A stretch of 64,000 nt of DNA from an uncultured Chthonomonadaceae bacterium (lineage in GTDB: Bacteria > Armatimonadota > Chthonomonadetes > Chthonomonadales > Chthonomonadaceae): NCBI GenBank assembly GCA_963817895.1, contig CAWFQB010000004.1, positions 448,001-512,000 on the forward strand, written 5' to 3'. Shown here piece by piece: positions 29,423-40,240 of the stretch; the stretch's first letter is position 1; each line of letters starts with the position of its first letter. The notes beneath the pieces are model-generated. The model was not told the DNA's origin, searched no databases, and saw nothing but the letters and a program-made list of their open reading frames with translations. The position numbers and the translations under genes are program-made.

Positions 29423-29866
29423 ATGCCATCTCCCACTTACCAAATGTGTCCAAAATGCAGGCAACAAGTCTACACCGTTGAGCCGTTTTGTGGACGCTGT
29501 GGGAACCAGTATCCACCCGTCTCGTCAGGAATGTACGCTTCCGCAACGCCGCCTTCAACTCCCCTGCCCACGTCTCCCCCAATCGCGGCTTCAGAGCCGG
29601 GAAGCGCGCTTCAAGAGAACGCGCCTTTGCGATGGCGCGATTTGTCCGATCAACTGAAATACAGTATCTGGCTGATGTGGGGAGGGAGTGTGGTGAGTTC
29701 CTTATGGGCCGTAGATTTTGGATTGAATGGACACATGGAGCCTTTCCCAAGAGCGGCGATTGGGGCTATCGTGGGCATTTTTGTTGCCTGTAGCCTACAA
29801 AATGAGCCTGCTAAGATCGCAAAGATGCATGGTCGCGCCGCGCTTGGCGCTTTATCACGCCATTAA
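29423..29866 (+). CDS. Zinc-ribbon membrane protein
   Basis: CPKC...FCGRCG, Pro-rich linker, two TM segments. Confidence 0.65.
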   Translation: MPSPTYQMCPKCRQQVYTVEPFCGRCGNQYPPVSSGMYASATPPSTPLPTSPPIAASEPGSALQENAPLRWRDLSDQLKYSIWLMWGGSVVSSLWAVDFGLNGHMEPFPRAAIGAIVGIFVACSLQNEPAKIAKMHGRAALGALSRH

Positions 29867-29935
29867 GAGAATATTCAAAGCCCAAAATCCGGGTGGTTGA
29901 TAAAGAACGTACCCGCAGAGGCAGGAGGCGCAGGG

Positions 29936-30390
29936 ATGGAACCGAAGACGGGTAAGCGCATTGTGAGCAAGGGCAGATATATCAAGTTAATGGGTATGAG
30001 ACTCTAGTCTTCTTGCCTGCGGAGCCGTTTGCATGCTGTGTGTGTTTGTGCTGTCGCCGCCATATTGGGGGTAATGGAAGGCGTGAATGATGTTATCAGA
30101 GGCTCTGTGGGAACAAACTTTTCGTTGCCTTCTGCTAACGGATTTTACGCTACTTGTCTGGTCTGTTTTCTCGTTGGAGTATGTTGTGTATTTCTCGGTG
30201 AAAAGGTGAAAGAAGATGTCATTCCCCTCATCCGCGCCAACATCGCCAACCTTCCTGCTCCCGATAGTCTGGTACGCGCTAGTTCAGAGCCGATACAGGC
30301 GCAAGAGGCCGTGTTACTGAGAGCCGCCGTAAAGGGACAGGAAACGCCGCCTGAGAAATTGGTGCGGGCATCCGGCGCGGAGGTTGATTA
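29936..30390 (+). pseudogene. Disrupted membrane protein with LVRAS/LLRAA C-terminal repeats
   Basis: RBS ggagg + MEPKTGKRIVSKGRY... stops early; downstream frame has a TM and DSLVRASSEP...VLLRAA...EKLVRAS. Confidence 0.5.
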
Positions 30391-30392
30391 CT

Positions 30393-30850
30393 ATGACTAT
30401 TTATATCCCCAACCTGCATGCCTTGCCAGAGCATCAACTGTCCCGCCTCGCGCCGGATGCGCGTTTCTCCGTGATGCGGGCGAATGGCGTCGTCTCTGCT
30501 TACGTTTACGAGTGGAGCTGACATGAAGATTGTTATACACGCAGTGCCATGCGCCGTAAGTGGCAACAAGGCTCACCTTGAGGGGTTTATCGGCTGGTCT
30601 CAATCCGTTGCGGGCAGGCGCAGGGCCGAGTTGTGGATGAGGCCCTTCTGCGGCGGATCAGGGCGACTTCAATCATCTGGCTTCGGGGCGGAGGGTACGA
30701 CGAACCGGGATGTGTGGCACAACCGTGTTCAGGACCTAATCGAGCGATGATTTTGCTATAGAAATACCGGGGCACTTATTCTTCTCGGAGGGCAAATCAA
30801 TTTCTTTGAACAGATGAATTGCCAGCAACTCCTGCCTGAAATTGCCTGAC
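30393..30850 (+). pseudogene. Disrupted hypothetical gene
   Basis: RBS ggagg + ATG 30393 (MTIYIPNLHALPEHQL...VYEWS*), continuing in other frames (MKIVIH...HLEGFIGW...). Confidence 0.35.
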
Positions 30851-31059
30851 GCCAATCAGCAACCTCTCCCACGCGAATGACAGAAAAATCTATCATATCT
30901 AAAGCCAAACGGAAAAAGCGTAATTTTGGCTTTGGACTTTGAAACGCAAAGTTCTTTGATTACGTAACCTATTTGTGTAGCCGTTAAGTTCTTATGCGGT
31001 TCTTTCTGTTTGCTGCCGAAAATAGACTAGAGCGGCGCGAAATTGAGGAGAAATACGTT

Positions 31060-31995
31060 ATGACTGGAAATAGCATCTGTGTCCCGATGATGCCCCATAC
31101 CCGGCGCATTGTGGTTGCGGAAGTGGCCGGGTTTTGCTTTGGCGTGAAGCGGGCGGTAGACATGGCGACGCAGGCGCGGCAGGAGCGGGGCGGCAAAATG
31201 ACCGTTCTCGGCCCCATCGTGCATAATGAGCAGGTGATTGCCCGCCTCAAATCGCAGGGTATAGATACGCTGCCTGTTCTGGATGCCATTCGGGAAGGAA
31301 CGGTAGTGCTGTCCGCGCATGGCGTTGCACCGGACGTTGTCGCGCAGGCGAAAACACAGGGACTGAACATTCTGGATGTCACCTGTCCCTTCGTCACCAA
31401 AGTGCATCGAACCGCCAAACATCTATACGATCAGGGCTATCAGGTTCTGCTTGTGGGCGATCAGGGGCATACGGAAGTGAAGGGAATCGTCGGGGCTGTG
31501 GAAGAATTGGGCGGCGAAGTCACGGTCGTATCGTGTGTGGAAGACGTTCGGGCGTTGTTTCTGGAAGCGAAATTGGGCAAAAAGGTCGGCATTGTCAGTC
31601 AGACGACGCAGCGTAGCGCGGACTTCGGCGCTATTGTGGGCGAGGTCGCCAAAACCGCAACCGATATACGCGCCGTCAACACCATCTGCTACGCGACGGA
31701 TGAGTTGCAGGAAGCGGCGATTCGACTGGCCCGACAGGTGGATGTCGCCCTCGTCATCGGCGGCAAGAAAAGCGCGAACACGCGACGCCTGCGCCAGTTG
31801 TGCGAGGAGCAGGGCATCCCCGCCTACCATATCGAAACTCCCGAAGAGATCAACCCGGACTGGCTGGACGGCAAGGATACGATTGGCCTGACGGCAGGCG
31901 CGTCCACGCCCGATTGGATTATCGAAGACGTGGCCCGCGCCCTCAACAACGGCCAACTCCCCGCAGACTGGCAACTGCGCCACCCGGAAGTGTAG
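31060..31995 (+). CDS. ispH: 4-hydroxy-3-methylbut-2-enyl diphosphate reductase
   Basis: AGFCFGVKRAV, IVHN, SAHGV, DVTCPFV, SQTT, NTICYAT, TAGASTP; RBS gaggag before ATG 31060. Confidence 0.96.
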   Translation: MTGNSICVPMMPHTRRIVVAEVAGFCFGVKRAVDMATQARQERGGKMTVLGPIVHNEQVIARLKSQGIDTLPVLDAIREGTVVLSAHGVAPDVVAQAKTQGLNILDVTCPFVTKVHRTAKHLYDQGYQVLLVGDQGHTEVKGIVGAVEELGGEVTVVSCVEDVRALFLEAKLGKKVGIVSQTTQRSADFGAIVGEVAKTATDIRAVNTICYATDELQEAAIRLARQVDVALVIGGKKSANTRRLRQLCEEQGIPAYHIETPEEINPDWLDGKDTIGLTAGASTPDWIIEDVARALNNGQLPADWQLRHPEV

Positions 31996-32150
31996 ATGCG
32001 GTGGTTGGTGGTTGGTGGTTGGTGGTTGGTGGCTTGCTCGTATCTCGTATCTCCTATCTCGTATCTACTTATCCCTTATCCCTTACCACTTCCCCCTTAT
32101 TGCAGGTATAATGAGCGGACAGAAACCGTCGCCATGAGGGAGAAACCGCT

Positions 32151-32841
32151 TTGGAGCCGAAAGACGCCGCCGCGCGCAGAGCCGTGCAGTATGTACAGCC
32201 GAATACCATTATTGGTATCGGCACGGGAAGCACTTCAGCGTATGCCATTCGCGCCCTTGCGGAGCGGGTGCAGCGCGAGGGGCTGAAGATCGCTGCCGTT
32301 CCCACATCGGAACAGTCGCGCGTCCTTGCCGAACAGCTTGGATATTCCGCTTGCGGATTTATCTGAAGTGGGTACGCTCGACCTGACTTTTGATGGCGCG
32401 GACGAAGTAGACGCGGACTTGAACCTCATCAAAGGCGGCGGGGGCGCATTGCTGCGAGAAAAGATTGTTGCCAGCGCCAGCCGCGAACTGGTCATTATTG
32501 TGGATGACAGCAAGGTAAAGCCGAAACTGGGGGCGTTCCCGCTGCCCATCGCCGTTGTGCCGTTCGGACACGAAGCCACGCACCGCCGCCTGCTGGAATT
32601 CACGCCCAATGTCGCGCTGCGCATGGACAAAACCGAACCCTCCCAACCCTTCATCACCGACGACCACCTGTACATTTACGATATGCAGATGGGACATATT
32701 GACGATCCGCCCGCTCTGGAAATCGCAATCCGCCGCATTGTGGGCGTTGCGGAAGTGGGGCTTTTTATCCGCATGACTTCGCGGTTGGTGATCGGCTACG
32801 CGGACGGGCACACAGAGGAAAGAATGAAGGAAGAAGGATGA
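32151..32841 (+). CDS. rpiA: Ribose-5-phosphate isomerase A, frameshift near 32335
   Basis: IGIGTGSTS, VPTS, DGADEVD..LNLIKGGGGALLREKIVA. Confidence 0.92.
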
Positions 32842-32884
32842 AGGATGGAGACTCTCCTTCTCCTAGGATGCCCGGAGTGAGGTA

Positions 32885-34154
32885 ATGAATTGGGAAGAGG
32901 AAGCGCGGCGGCTGGATGCGGAGGACGAACTTGCCGGGTTTCGGCAGAAATTTTATTTGCAGCCGAATACGATCTATCTGGACGGCAACTCGCTCGGGCT
33001 GCTGTCGCGGCAATCCGAGGCCGCGCTCCTTCGCATCGTGGATATGTGGAAAATGTCTTGCCATTGACGGCTGGACGAGTGGCGAGACTCCGTGGTTTTT
33101 CCTTGCAGAAGAACTGGCGAAACTCACGGCTCCTCTGATTGGCGCGGATGCGGATGAGGTAATCGTCACCAATTCCACTACCGTCAACCTTCACCAACTG
33201 ATAGCCACACTGTATGTCGCCCGATGCCGCGTCGTTCGTATATTCTCGCGGATGCCCTCAATTTCCCCTCCGATTTGTACGCACTGCAAAGCCAACTGCG
33301 CCTGCGTGGATTTGATCCTGCCACGCATCTGGTACTTGTGCCGGGGCGCGACGGCCTGCTGAATGAAGATGATATTGTGGCGGGCATGTCCGGGCAAGTA
33401 CAAATTGCCCTGCTTCCGTCTGTGGTTTATACAAGTGGACAATTGCTGGACATCGGCGTATCTGACCGCGCAGGCGCATCGCCGAAATATTCTTATCGGC
33501 TTCGATTGTTCCCACTCCATCGGCAGCGTGCCGCACGATTTCGATGCGCAGGACGTGGATTTCGCCTTCTGGTGCAGCTACAAGTATCTGAATGGAGGGC
33601 CAGGGGCAAGCGGGGGATTGTACCTGAACCGGCGGCATTTCGGACGCGCGCCGGGATTGGCGGGTTGGTTCGGCAGCGCGAAAGAGCGTCAGTTCGACAT
33701 GGGGGGTGAACTTCATGCGGCCTCCCATGCGGGCGCGTTACAGATCGGGACCCCCAACATTCTGAGCATGGCTCCTTTACAGGGCGCTTTGGAACTGTTC
33801 GCGCAGGCGGGAATAAACGCGCTGCGGCGTAAATCCCTGCTGCTGACGGATTTCCTTATGCGGATGGCGGATGCTGAATTAGGTTCAGCCGGAGTCAGTA
33901 TTGTCAACCCACGCGAAGCGCATCGCCGGGGCGGGCATGTCGCGCTTCAGCACCCGGAAGCCATGCGAATTTGCCGCGCTCTGCGGGCGCAGGGCGTTGT
34001 TCCCGATTTCCGACCCGCCAGTATCATTCGTCTTGCCCCCGCGCCCCTGTATAATTCGTTCACCGACTGCCGCCGCGCCGTACAAATTCTCTCCAAAATA
34101 TTACAGCAGCGTACCTACGAAACCTATGCTACAACCCGCGAAATGGTTTCTTGA
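32885..34154 (+). CDS. kynU: Kynureninase, about 3 frameshifts
   Basis: [66 protein letters not shown] across four frames. Confidence 0.92.
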
Positions 34155-34166
34155 AAATTTAAGTTC

Positions 34167-34376
34167 TTTGTCTTGAACCATGAATTCACTACCGGACACA
34201 TTTTCCGAGTATTGAAAATACCCGTCTGAGTGGCGTTCCGCCAAGCGTCCTTCGGACGCGGAAATCTATGCAACAAAGAATCGCGTCCGAAGGACGCTTG
34301 GCCGCAGGCCATGTAGACAGGGTTTTTCAACCCCTGGCAAAAGGTGTCCGGTAGTGAATTCATGGTTCAAGACAAA
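34167..34376. mobile_element. ~210-bp palindromic REPIN/MITE-like element between kynU and kynB
   Basis: Perfect 33-bp terminal arms (34167-34199 / 34344-34376), imperfect middle, perfect 20-bp inner arms containing GCGTCC-TTC-GGACGC mini-hairpins. Confidence 0.8.
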
Positions 34377-34394
34377 AAGGAACGCCAACCACCC

Positions 34395-35014
34395 ATGCCC
34401 TTCTACGACATTACGCTTCCGCTTACCTCCGACATTGCGCCCTGGCCAGGAGACACGCCTTTTCGCTGACGCGGAATCTGGCGCTTGCGAATGGCGACAG
34501 CGTGAACCTGAGTTCATCTGCATGAGCGTTCACAATGGAACCCATACGGATGCGCCGTACCATTTTTCGGAGGCGGGAGCGACAGCAGAAAAACTGGACA
34601 TTTCCGCGTATATCGGGCCAGCGGTTGTTCTGGATGTATCGGGTAGAACGTTGATTACTATTGAAAATTTGGCAGGTATTGAGATTAGCCGGACGCCGCG
34701 CGTTTTGTTCAAGACGGGCGGCATGGCAGGATCACAGCCGGTTTCCCGAACATATTCCCACCCTGATGCCCGATGTACCCGCATATCTCCATTCGCGGGG
34801 CGTGGTTCTCGTCGGCTTCGACGTGCCTTCGGTAGACGCGCTCGACAGCAAAGACCTGCCGGTTCATCACGCGCTTGGCAAATATAATATCGCCATTCTC
34901 GAATCGCTGCTGCTGAAAGATGTGCCGCCGGGTGAATACGAACTGTTGGCGTTGCCGCTCAAATTAGTCGGCGCGGATGGCGCTCCGGTTCGCGCCGTTC
35001 TGCGTTCTTTGTGA
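34395..35014 (+). CDS. kynB: Kynurenine formamidase / cyclase family, about 2 frameshifts
   Basis: MPFYDITLPL....APWPGDT, HNGTHTDAPYHF, G.D.PSVD, ILE.L.L, ALPLKL.GADGAPVRAVL. Confidence 0.88.
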
Positions 35015-35028
35015 TACCGGCTTTGCGT

Positions 35029-35772
35029 TCACTGCTTGCGGGGCCGAAATATCAAGTAAAACTGGCTGGCATGGCGCAGGAAATCTTGACGTTCGGCCAG
35101 TTCCCATCCCGCTTCTTCCGCTTCCCGAATCACGTCTTGTTCCCCGACCCAATGCCCTTCGGGAGCCGATGGATCGCCTTTGATGCCCGCATCAAAATCA
35201 ATGATCGCTAATCGCGCGTCCGGGGAAGCCGACTTGCGGAGCGTCTGAAGAAACGCGACGGGATTTTCCACCTCGTGGTAGACAGTGAGCAGCACGAAGC
35301 AATCCACGCTGCCTCGCGGCAATTTCGGATCGTCCGCGCGTCCTAAAATCACATGAACATTACGATGTGACTGCGCTTTTTGTCGCAGGGTCGGCAGGAA
35401 CGCCGCCTGTATCTCCTCCTCGAACACGCAGCCCCGCGCCCCGACGCCCCTGCTCAAATACGGCAGGAGATACCCTGAGCCTGCGCCGATGTCCGCTACA
35501 ATCTCGCCCGGTTTTAAGCGCAGCATTTCCACCAATCTCTGCGGCTGCTGCCATTTGTCGCGCTTCTCTCCTTCCAGCAGTTCCCCGGCATGTTCAGGGT
35601 TGAATAAGGGCGATACGGAACGCGGCGGGGGAAGCAAGGAGAGCGGGGGCAGTTCGCGCGACGGCGCAAGGGGATAGCTGCTGCGTTGAACTTGCGCCAC
35701 GCGCAGCAGTGTGCAAAGGCTCAAAACCGAGCAGGCGGCAATCAATAAACCGCGAAACCGCAAAGCGTTCAC
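35029..35772 (-). CDS. Class I SAM-dependent methyltransferase with N-terminal anchor
   Basis: RDKWQQP, VADIGAGSGY, VYHE; GTG start overlaps the upstream TGA. Confidence 0.85.
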   Translation of the reverse strand: MNALRFRGLLIAACSVLSLCTLLRVAQVQRSSYPLAPSRELPPLSLLPPPRSVSPLFNPEHAGELLEGEKRDKWQQPQRLVEMLRLKPGEIVADIGAGSGYLLPYLSRGVGARGCVFEEEIQAAFLPTLRQKAQSHRNVHVILGRADDPKLPRGSVDCFVLLTVYHEVENPVAFLQTLRKSASPDARLAIIDFDAGIKGDPSAPEGHWVGEQDVIREAEEAGWELAERQDFLRHASQFYLIFRPRKQ

Positions 35773-36940
35773 GGCAACACTCCCACCGTGTACAGCGCAT
35801 GATGATAGCAAAAACTTAGATGTTCCCCATCCGGCAGCCAGCGAACATCCTGAATTTCATCCTGACAGGAACGCCCTGCAATCGGCGCGCCGAGCCGCGT
35901 TGTTCTCCGCAGCTTCATGTCCACTGTTACGCCGCCGATCTCGCGCATGTCACTGCCATCCAAATGCGACACCTGTAGGCTCATCCACTGATAGGAGGGC
36001 GCTTCGAACCGGGGGTAAAGCGGCGCAGCAGGGCGCGAAGAGGAGGCGTATAAGCGCGCGAGTGAAACAGCCAGAAGACGCGATTGCCCTGCGGCGAAAT
36101 CCGGGCAGAATCGCCGTCAGCGCTGTTACACGCGGCGAAGGTCAGGCCGGGGGGCGCGTGAACCACATGTTTGACGGCGGCTGATCCGGGCGTAAGAGAT
36201 TGCAGCAGCAGGACGCGCGTATCGTTTTCCTCATAAGCGGACGCATACGCATACAGCAGGCCACTGGCCGTAAGCATGGGCGGGCTGTAGTATTGCGCGG
36301 CTCCAAATTCGGGCAGAAAAGGAATAGTGAGGAGTTTTAAATTTTGAATTTCAGTTTGCGGATTAACTATGATCGCGCTTCCGTCTTCTGACGAGATTTG
36401 CGCATCCAATTTTCGCGCGTCTAAAAACGGAAGGCGCAGAAAGTTGTCGGAAAGGGGGGCGGTTGCATTGTTCAAATTAGGCAGGAACACAAGGCGTCCG
36501 TTCGCCAGCCAGAACGGAGCGCCATTGGCAATGTTCTGATTGTCCGGCGGCGTGTTCCACTGGCAGGATTGCAGCCGGGTTCCTTTCGTCGTGAAAAGTT
36601 GAGGCGTGGCCGAGCCATGATAAACGACATGCTTGCCATCCGGCGAGACTTTGAGGAAATAGGGCATATCCGAAGTGTTGGACAGGCTGCGCTGAAGTTC
36701 GGGCAAGGGAACCTTTGTTCCCGTCAGCGTGTCCAGACGGAAGCAGTTCCAGCCATGCTCCGGCGCGCGGTCAAATACCAACAATTCATGGTTGGAAAGC
36801 CATTGATACGGCGCGTCGCCCGAAAAAGCGGTTCGGGCAGCCTTTTGAAGCAGGTCAGGGCGCGGCGTCAGGCAGAGCAGAAGCAAAGCCCATCCGCCGA
36901 AAACAAGCGCGCCGATAAGGATAATGGACAATCGTCGCAT
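35769..36940 (-). CDS. Membrane-anchored beta-propeller-like hypothetical protein, frameshift near 35985
   Basis: N-terminal TM; YQWLS, VSPDGKHV, ISPQGNRV and VRWLPDG blade motifs across two ORFs. Confidence 0.6.
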
Positions 36941-36950
36941 GGTTTTACAG

Positions 36951-36982
36951 CGGATGGCAATTTGAAAGCAAATTGCCATCCG
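36951..36982. repeat. Perfect 14-bp hairpin
   Basis: CGGATGGCAATTTG-AAAG-CAAATTGCCATCCG; no clear U-tract on either strand. Confidence 0.7.
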
Positions 36983-36992
36983 GCAGAACAGA

Positions 36993-37166
36993 TCAGGGCA
37001 GGGAACTTCCGTCCCAGGCGTGTTCCGGGTCGGGGTAAAAGGTGACGTTGCTGTTGCAGGTGACGCCGGTGTTGTGCAGCAGAATAAGCCAGCCGCCCGG
37101 CACTTTCGCGCGGTAGACCTCGCACAGATAGGGATGATTTTTGAGATGTTGCCACTCGATAGACAT
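36993..37166 (-). CDS. 57-aa small protein missed by the ORF track
   Basis: MSIEWQHLKNHPYLCEVYRAKVPGGWLILLHNTGVTCNSNVTFYPDPEHAWDGSSLP; RBS aagga upstream. Confidence 0.75.
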   Translation of the reverse strand: MSIEWQHLKNHPYLCEVYRAKVPGGWLILLHNTGVTCNSNVTFYPDPEHAWDGSSLP

Positions 37167-37276
37167 TGCCGCGTCCTTTCCGAATTCACCGATGAATTGC
37201 TATGCTTCTCATGTTGAGAAGACCTACATTACCGGAACGCCAAACATCATGCGCCAAACACTTTTGATGTTGCAAC

Positions 37277-38293
37277 TTAGAATTCTACAATGGCCTTAAT
37301 AACTCCTGTTTCCGGCTTGATCCAATCGGGAAAATGCGCAATCATATTTTCGCAATCGGCGCGATGGGTAATCCAGGGAGCGGTATTGATTTTCCCGGTT
37401 TCCATCAGGCCGATAATGCGGCGGAAATCATCCCCGGTGGAGTTGCGGGTCGCCAGCAGGGTCAGTTCGCGGCGGTGGAAATCCGGGTCCTGAAAAGTGA
37501 CCTCGCCGAGAAACAGGCCGACAAACACCAATTTGCCGCCCGCCGCAGGGTACTGAAACGCGCCGTGCATGGACGCGGAATTGCCCGTCGCGTCGAAAAC
37601 TATGGTGGGCAGGTCGCTGTGTGTCCGTTCCTTAATGTCCAGAAACGCGCCTTCACCGGCAAGAACGGTTTCCGAAACCCCCATATTTTGCCGGCAAAAT
37701 TCCAGCCGACCGGGATTGGTGTCCATCACAAGAACCCGCGCTCCCCGCGCCTGTACAAACTGAATCACGGCAAGGCCGATAGGTCCCGCGCCAATAACTA
37801 ACGCGGTATCGTCCGCCTGAACATCAGCCCGCTGCACGGCGTGAGCGCCGATACCCAATGTTTCCACAAGCGCCAGTTGGTCCAGCGAAAGTTTGTCGGA
37901 TTTGTGCAGCTTTCGGGCGGGAACTTCGATAATTTCGCGCATCCCGCCGTCCGTATGCACCCCCAATACTTGCAGGGATGTGCAGCAATTGATTTTGCCC
38001 CGCCGACACGCGATGCAATGACCGCAATTCAGATAAGGCTCTACCGCGCAGAAATCACCCGCCTTCAAGTCCGTAACGTTCGCGCCAACCTCAACCACTT
38101 CCACGCCCAGTTCGTGGCCGAGGATACGCGGGTAAGTGAAGAACGGCTGCCGTCCGGCAAAAGCGTGAATATCCGTGCCGCAAATGCCTACGCGCCGGAC
38201 GCGGACGAGTACGCCGTTTTCGGAGGAGAGCATCGGCGCGTCCGTATCGCTGTGCGCCAGTTGGCCGGGTTCGTGCAGGGTGATTGTTTTCAT
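37277..38293 (-). CDS. Zinc-binding alcohol dehydrogenase, L-galactonate dehydrogenase-like
   Basis: GICGTDIH, YPRILGHE, CGHCIACRRGKINCC, GAGPIG. Confidence 0.9.
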   Translation of the reverse strand: MKTITLHEPGQLAHSDTDAPMLSSENGVLVRVRRVGICGTDIHAFAGRQPFFTYPRILGHELGVEVVEVGANVTDLKAGDFCAVEPYLNCGHCIACRRGKINCCTSLQVLGVHTDGGMREIIEVPARKLHKSDKLSLDQLALVETLGIGAHAVQRADVQADDTALVIGAGPIGLAVIQFVQARGARVLVMDTNPGRLEFCRQNMGVSETVLAGEGAFLDIKERTHSDLPTIVFDATGNSASMHGAFQYPAAGGKLVFVGLFLGEVTFQDPDFHRRELTLLATRNSTGDDFRRIIGLMETGKINTAPWITHRADCENMIAHFPDWIKPETGVIKAIVEF

Positions 38294-38296
38294 AGT

Positions 38297-38374
38297 GGTA
38301 GGGGGTAGAGAGTAGGGTGTGGGGAGTAGGGAGTCGGTCTTGTCTACTCCCTGCTTCCTACTCCCCACACCCTA
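38297..38374. repeat. Inverted heptamer-array hairpin (GGAGTAG-like)
   Basis: tagggtgtggggagtagg (38313-38330) pairs perfectly with cctactccccacacccta (38357-38374). Confidence 0.8.
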
Positions 38375-39301
38375 ATTATTTTCCGGCCTGCCGTTGGGCC
38401 ATGTCTTGTTGTGAATGGGTTCTAAAATGGCGAGTACGTCGCGCAGTAAATCAGGGTCGGGCGCGACGCCGACGCAGGCGAGATTTTGCGCGAGTTGTTG
38501 ACGATTGGCGATGCCGCTCAGGGTGGAAGCCACGTCGTTGTTGGATAAAGAGAATTGCAGGCCCAGCGCGGCTATGTCCGTGCCGCGTTCCCGGCATAGC
38601 GCGGCGGCGCGAGCGCAGGCGGCTCTCATTTCCGCATCGGCGGAATGCCATGCGGGCGGCGGGTGATTGGTCAGCAGGCCCATGCCAAGCGGCGAGGCGT
38701 TGATGATGCCGACGTTTTTGGCTTGCAGATAAGGAATCGTTGCTTCCAGTGTCGTGTCGTTAAGGGAATAGTGACAGTACGTGATGATGGCGTCCACATC
38801 CACGCGGTCAAGCACTTTCGGGTAAATGGCGAGTGGCAGGCCGCTAAATCCGACAAACCGAACCTTGCCCGTATCCCGTACCTTATACAAAGCGGGAATG
38901 GCCTCCTCTACAACCTGATTGATGTCCACGAACTCTATGTCGTGGCATAAGATCAGGTCAATGTAATCCACGTTCAGGCGCTGAAGGCTTTCATCTATGC
39001 TGCGGGTTACGCGCCCGGCGGAAAAATCGAAATCGCTGTTGCCATAGCGCCCGACTTTGGTGGAAAGAATATAGCGGTCGCGCGGCACAGTTTTCAGCGC
39101 TTTACCGAGTACAATTTCCGCCTTCAACACGCCATAATACGGGGACACGTCCACATAGTTGATACCCGCATCGAACGCGGCGTGAACTGTAGCGATGCCG
39201 TCCGCCTCATCCAGTTCCCCGAACACGCCCCCAAGCGGCGCGGCTCCCAATCCGAGGACGGAGAGTTCCAGTCCGGTTTGTCCTAATGGTCTTGTTTCCA
39301 T
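38372..39301 (-). CDS. Aldo/keto reductase, L-galactose dehydrogenase-like
   Basis: LGLGAAPLGGVF, GINYVDVSPYYG, LSTKVGRYG, CHDIEF, INASPLGMGLLT. Confidence 0.88.
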   Translation of the reverse strand: METRPLGQTGLELSVLGLGAAPLGGVFGELDEADGIATVHAAFDAGINYVDVSPYYGVLKAEIVLGKALKTVPRDRYILSTKVGRYGNSDFDFSAGRVTRSIDESLQRLNVDYIDLILCHDIEFVDINQVVEEAIPALYKVRDTGKVRFVGFSGLPLAIYPKVLDRVDVDAIITYCHYSLNDTTLEATIPYLQAKNVGIINASPLGMGLLTNHPPPAWHSADAEMRAACARAAALCRERGTDIAALGLQFSLSNNDVASTLSGIANRQQLAQNLACVGVAPDPDLLRDVLAILEPIHNKTWPNGRPENN

Positions 39302-39413
39302 AATCTTGATTCTCACCTGCAATATGACGCGCGCAATCGGCAGACGAAGCAAAGCCGGAAATGTATTCACATGCTTTGCCACTTCCGATTTTTCAACGAC
39401 ACAGGTTAAGCCG

Positions 39414-40175
39414 CTAACTGCCACCCTGTAACGCCGCAATTATCGCGAGCAGCCGCGCATTCTCCGCGTCGGCGTTGTCTGCGCGTTGGACTGCTTCATT
39501 GGCGCGTTGCGCTTCTTGCTCGGCGCGTTGCGTTGCTTCATTAGCGCGTTGCGCTTCCATATCCACGCGCTGCATGGCTTCCAGAGGCGTGAGCAGCACA
39601 ATATCGCGAATGGGATCATACAGGCGCAACGTGTTGCCTTCCAGCATCAAATCAAGCCCTAACTGCTCACTGCGCATCCGGTTCTCTACCAGAGGAATGG
39701 CCACATAGTGGCCTTCCACCAGCCTGTAACCTTGCAGGCGCGGGCGCAGGTAATCCCCTGTTGGATCGAACATGAAATATTCCGGCACGCGCAGAATACG
39801 CTCGTACATCGGACGCTTCCGGTCTGTATCCTGCCGCCTTGTCTTTTTAGACGTTATCTCAAAGACTACGTTCGGCGTCCTGCCATTCTCTTTCCAGACC
39901 ATGAATGTGTCGCGTTCGTGTTTGGGTACATCGAACACCACATAGCAGTCCGGCGACACGACCGCGTGAGGGTTGCCCTGCTCGAAGTACAGAAAGTTGT
40001 TGCCGGCCACATAGATATTCGGATCGTCGGCATAATGCGCCGCCAGCCCGTTAATCATGTAAAACATCTGATTCAAGTGAATATCGGTTTCTGCTATTGG
40101 TTTGCCGTCACTCGTCGGATACATATCGTCCTCATTACGAGGGCGTTTGGAACGGAGTGGAATCGTCGCAGTCAT
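39414..40175 (-). CDS. Uma2 family endonuclease with coiled-coil tail
   Basis: YPTSDGKPIAET..H, VSPDCYVV, VFEITS, VPEYFMFDP; EAQRANEA repeats. Confidence 0.9.
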   Translation of the reverse strand: MTATIPLRSKRPRNEDDMYPTSDGKPIAETDIHLNQMFYMINGLAAHYADDPNIYVAGNNFLYFEQGNPHAVVSPDCYVVFDVPKHERDTFMVWKENGRTPNVVFEITSKKTRRQDTDRKRPMYERILRVPEYFMFDPTGDYLRPRLQGYRLVEGHYVAIPLVENRMRSEQLGLDLMLEGNTLRLYDPIRDIVLLTPLEAMQRVDMEAQRANEATQRAEQEAQRANEAVQRADNADAENARLLAIIAALQGGS

Positions 40176-40240
40176 CAGCGTTTCTCCTCGACATTCGCGG
40201 GTAGTTCAGAATTCAAGGCGATAGTGTCCCGCATTTGGCT

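Noticed and set aside
32151..35014. Programmed frameshifting in rpiA, kynU and kynB
   Set aside because: No consistent slippery sites were seen, and frameshifts are spread over many unrelated genes, pointing to assembly error.
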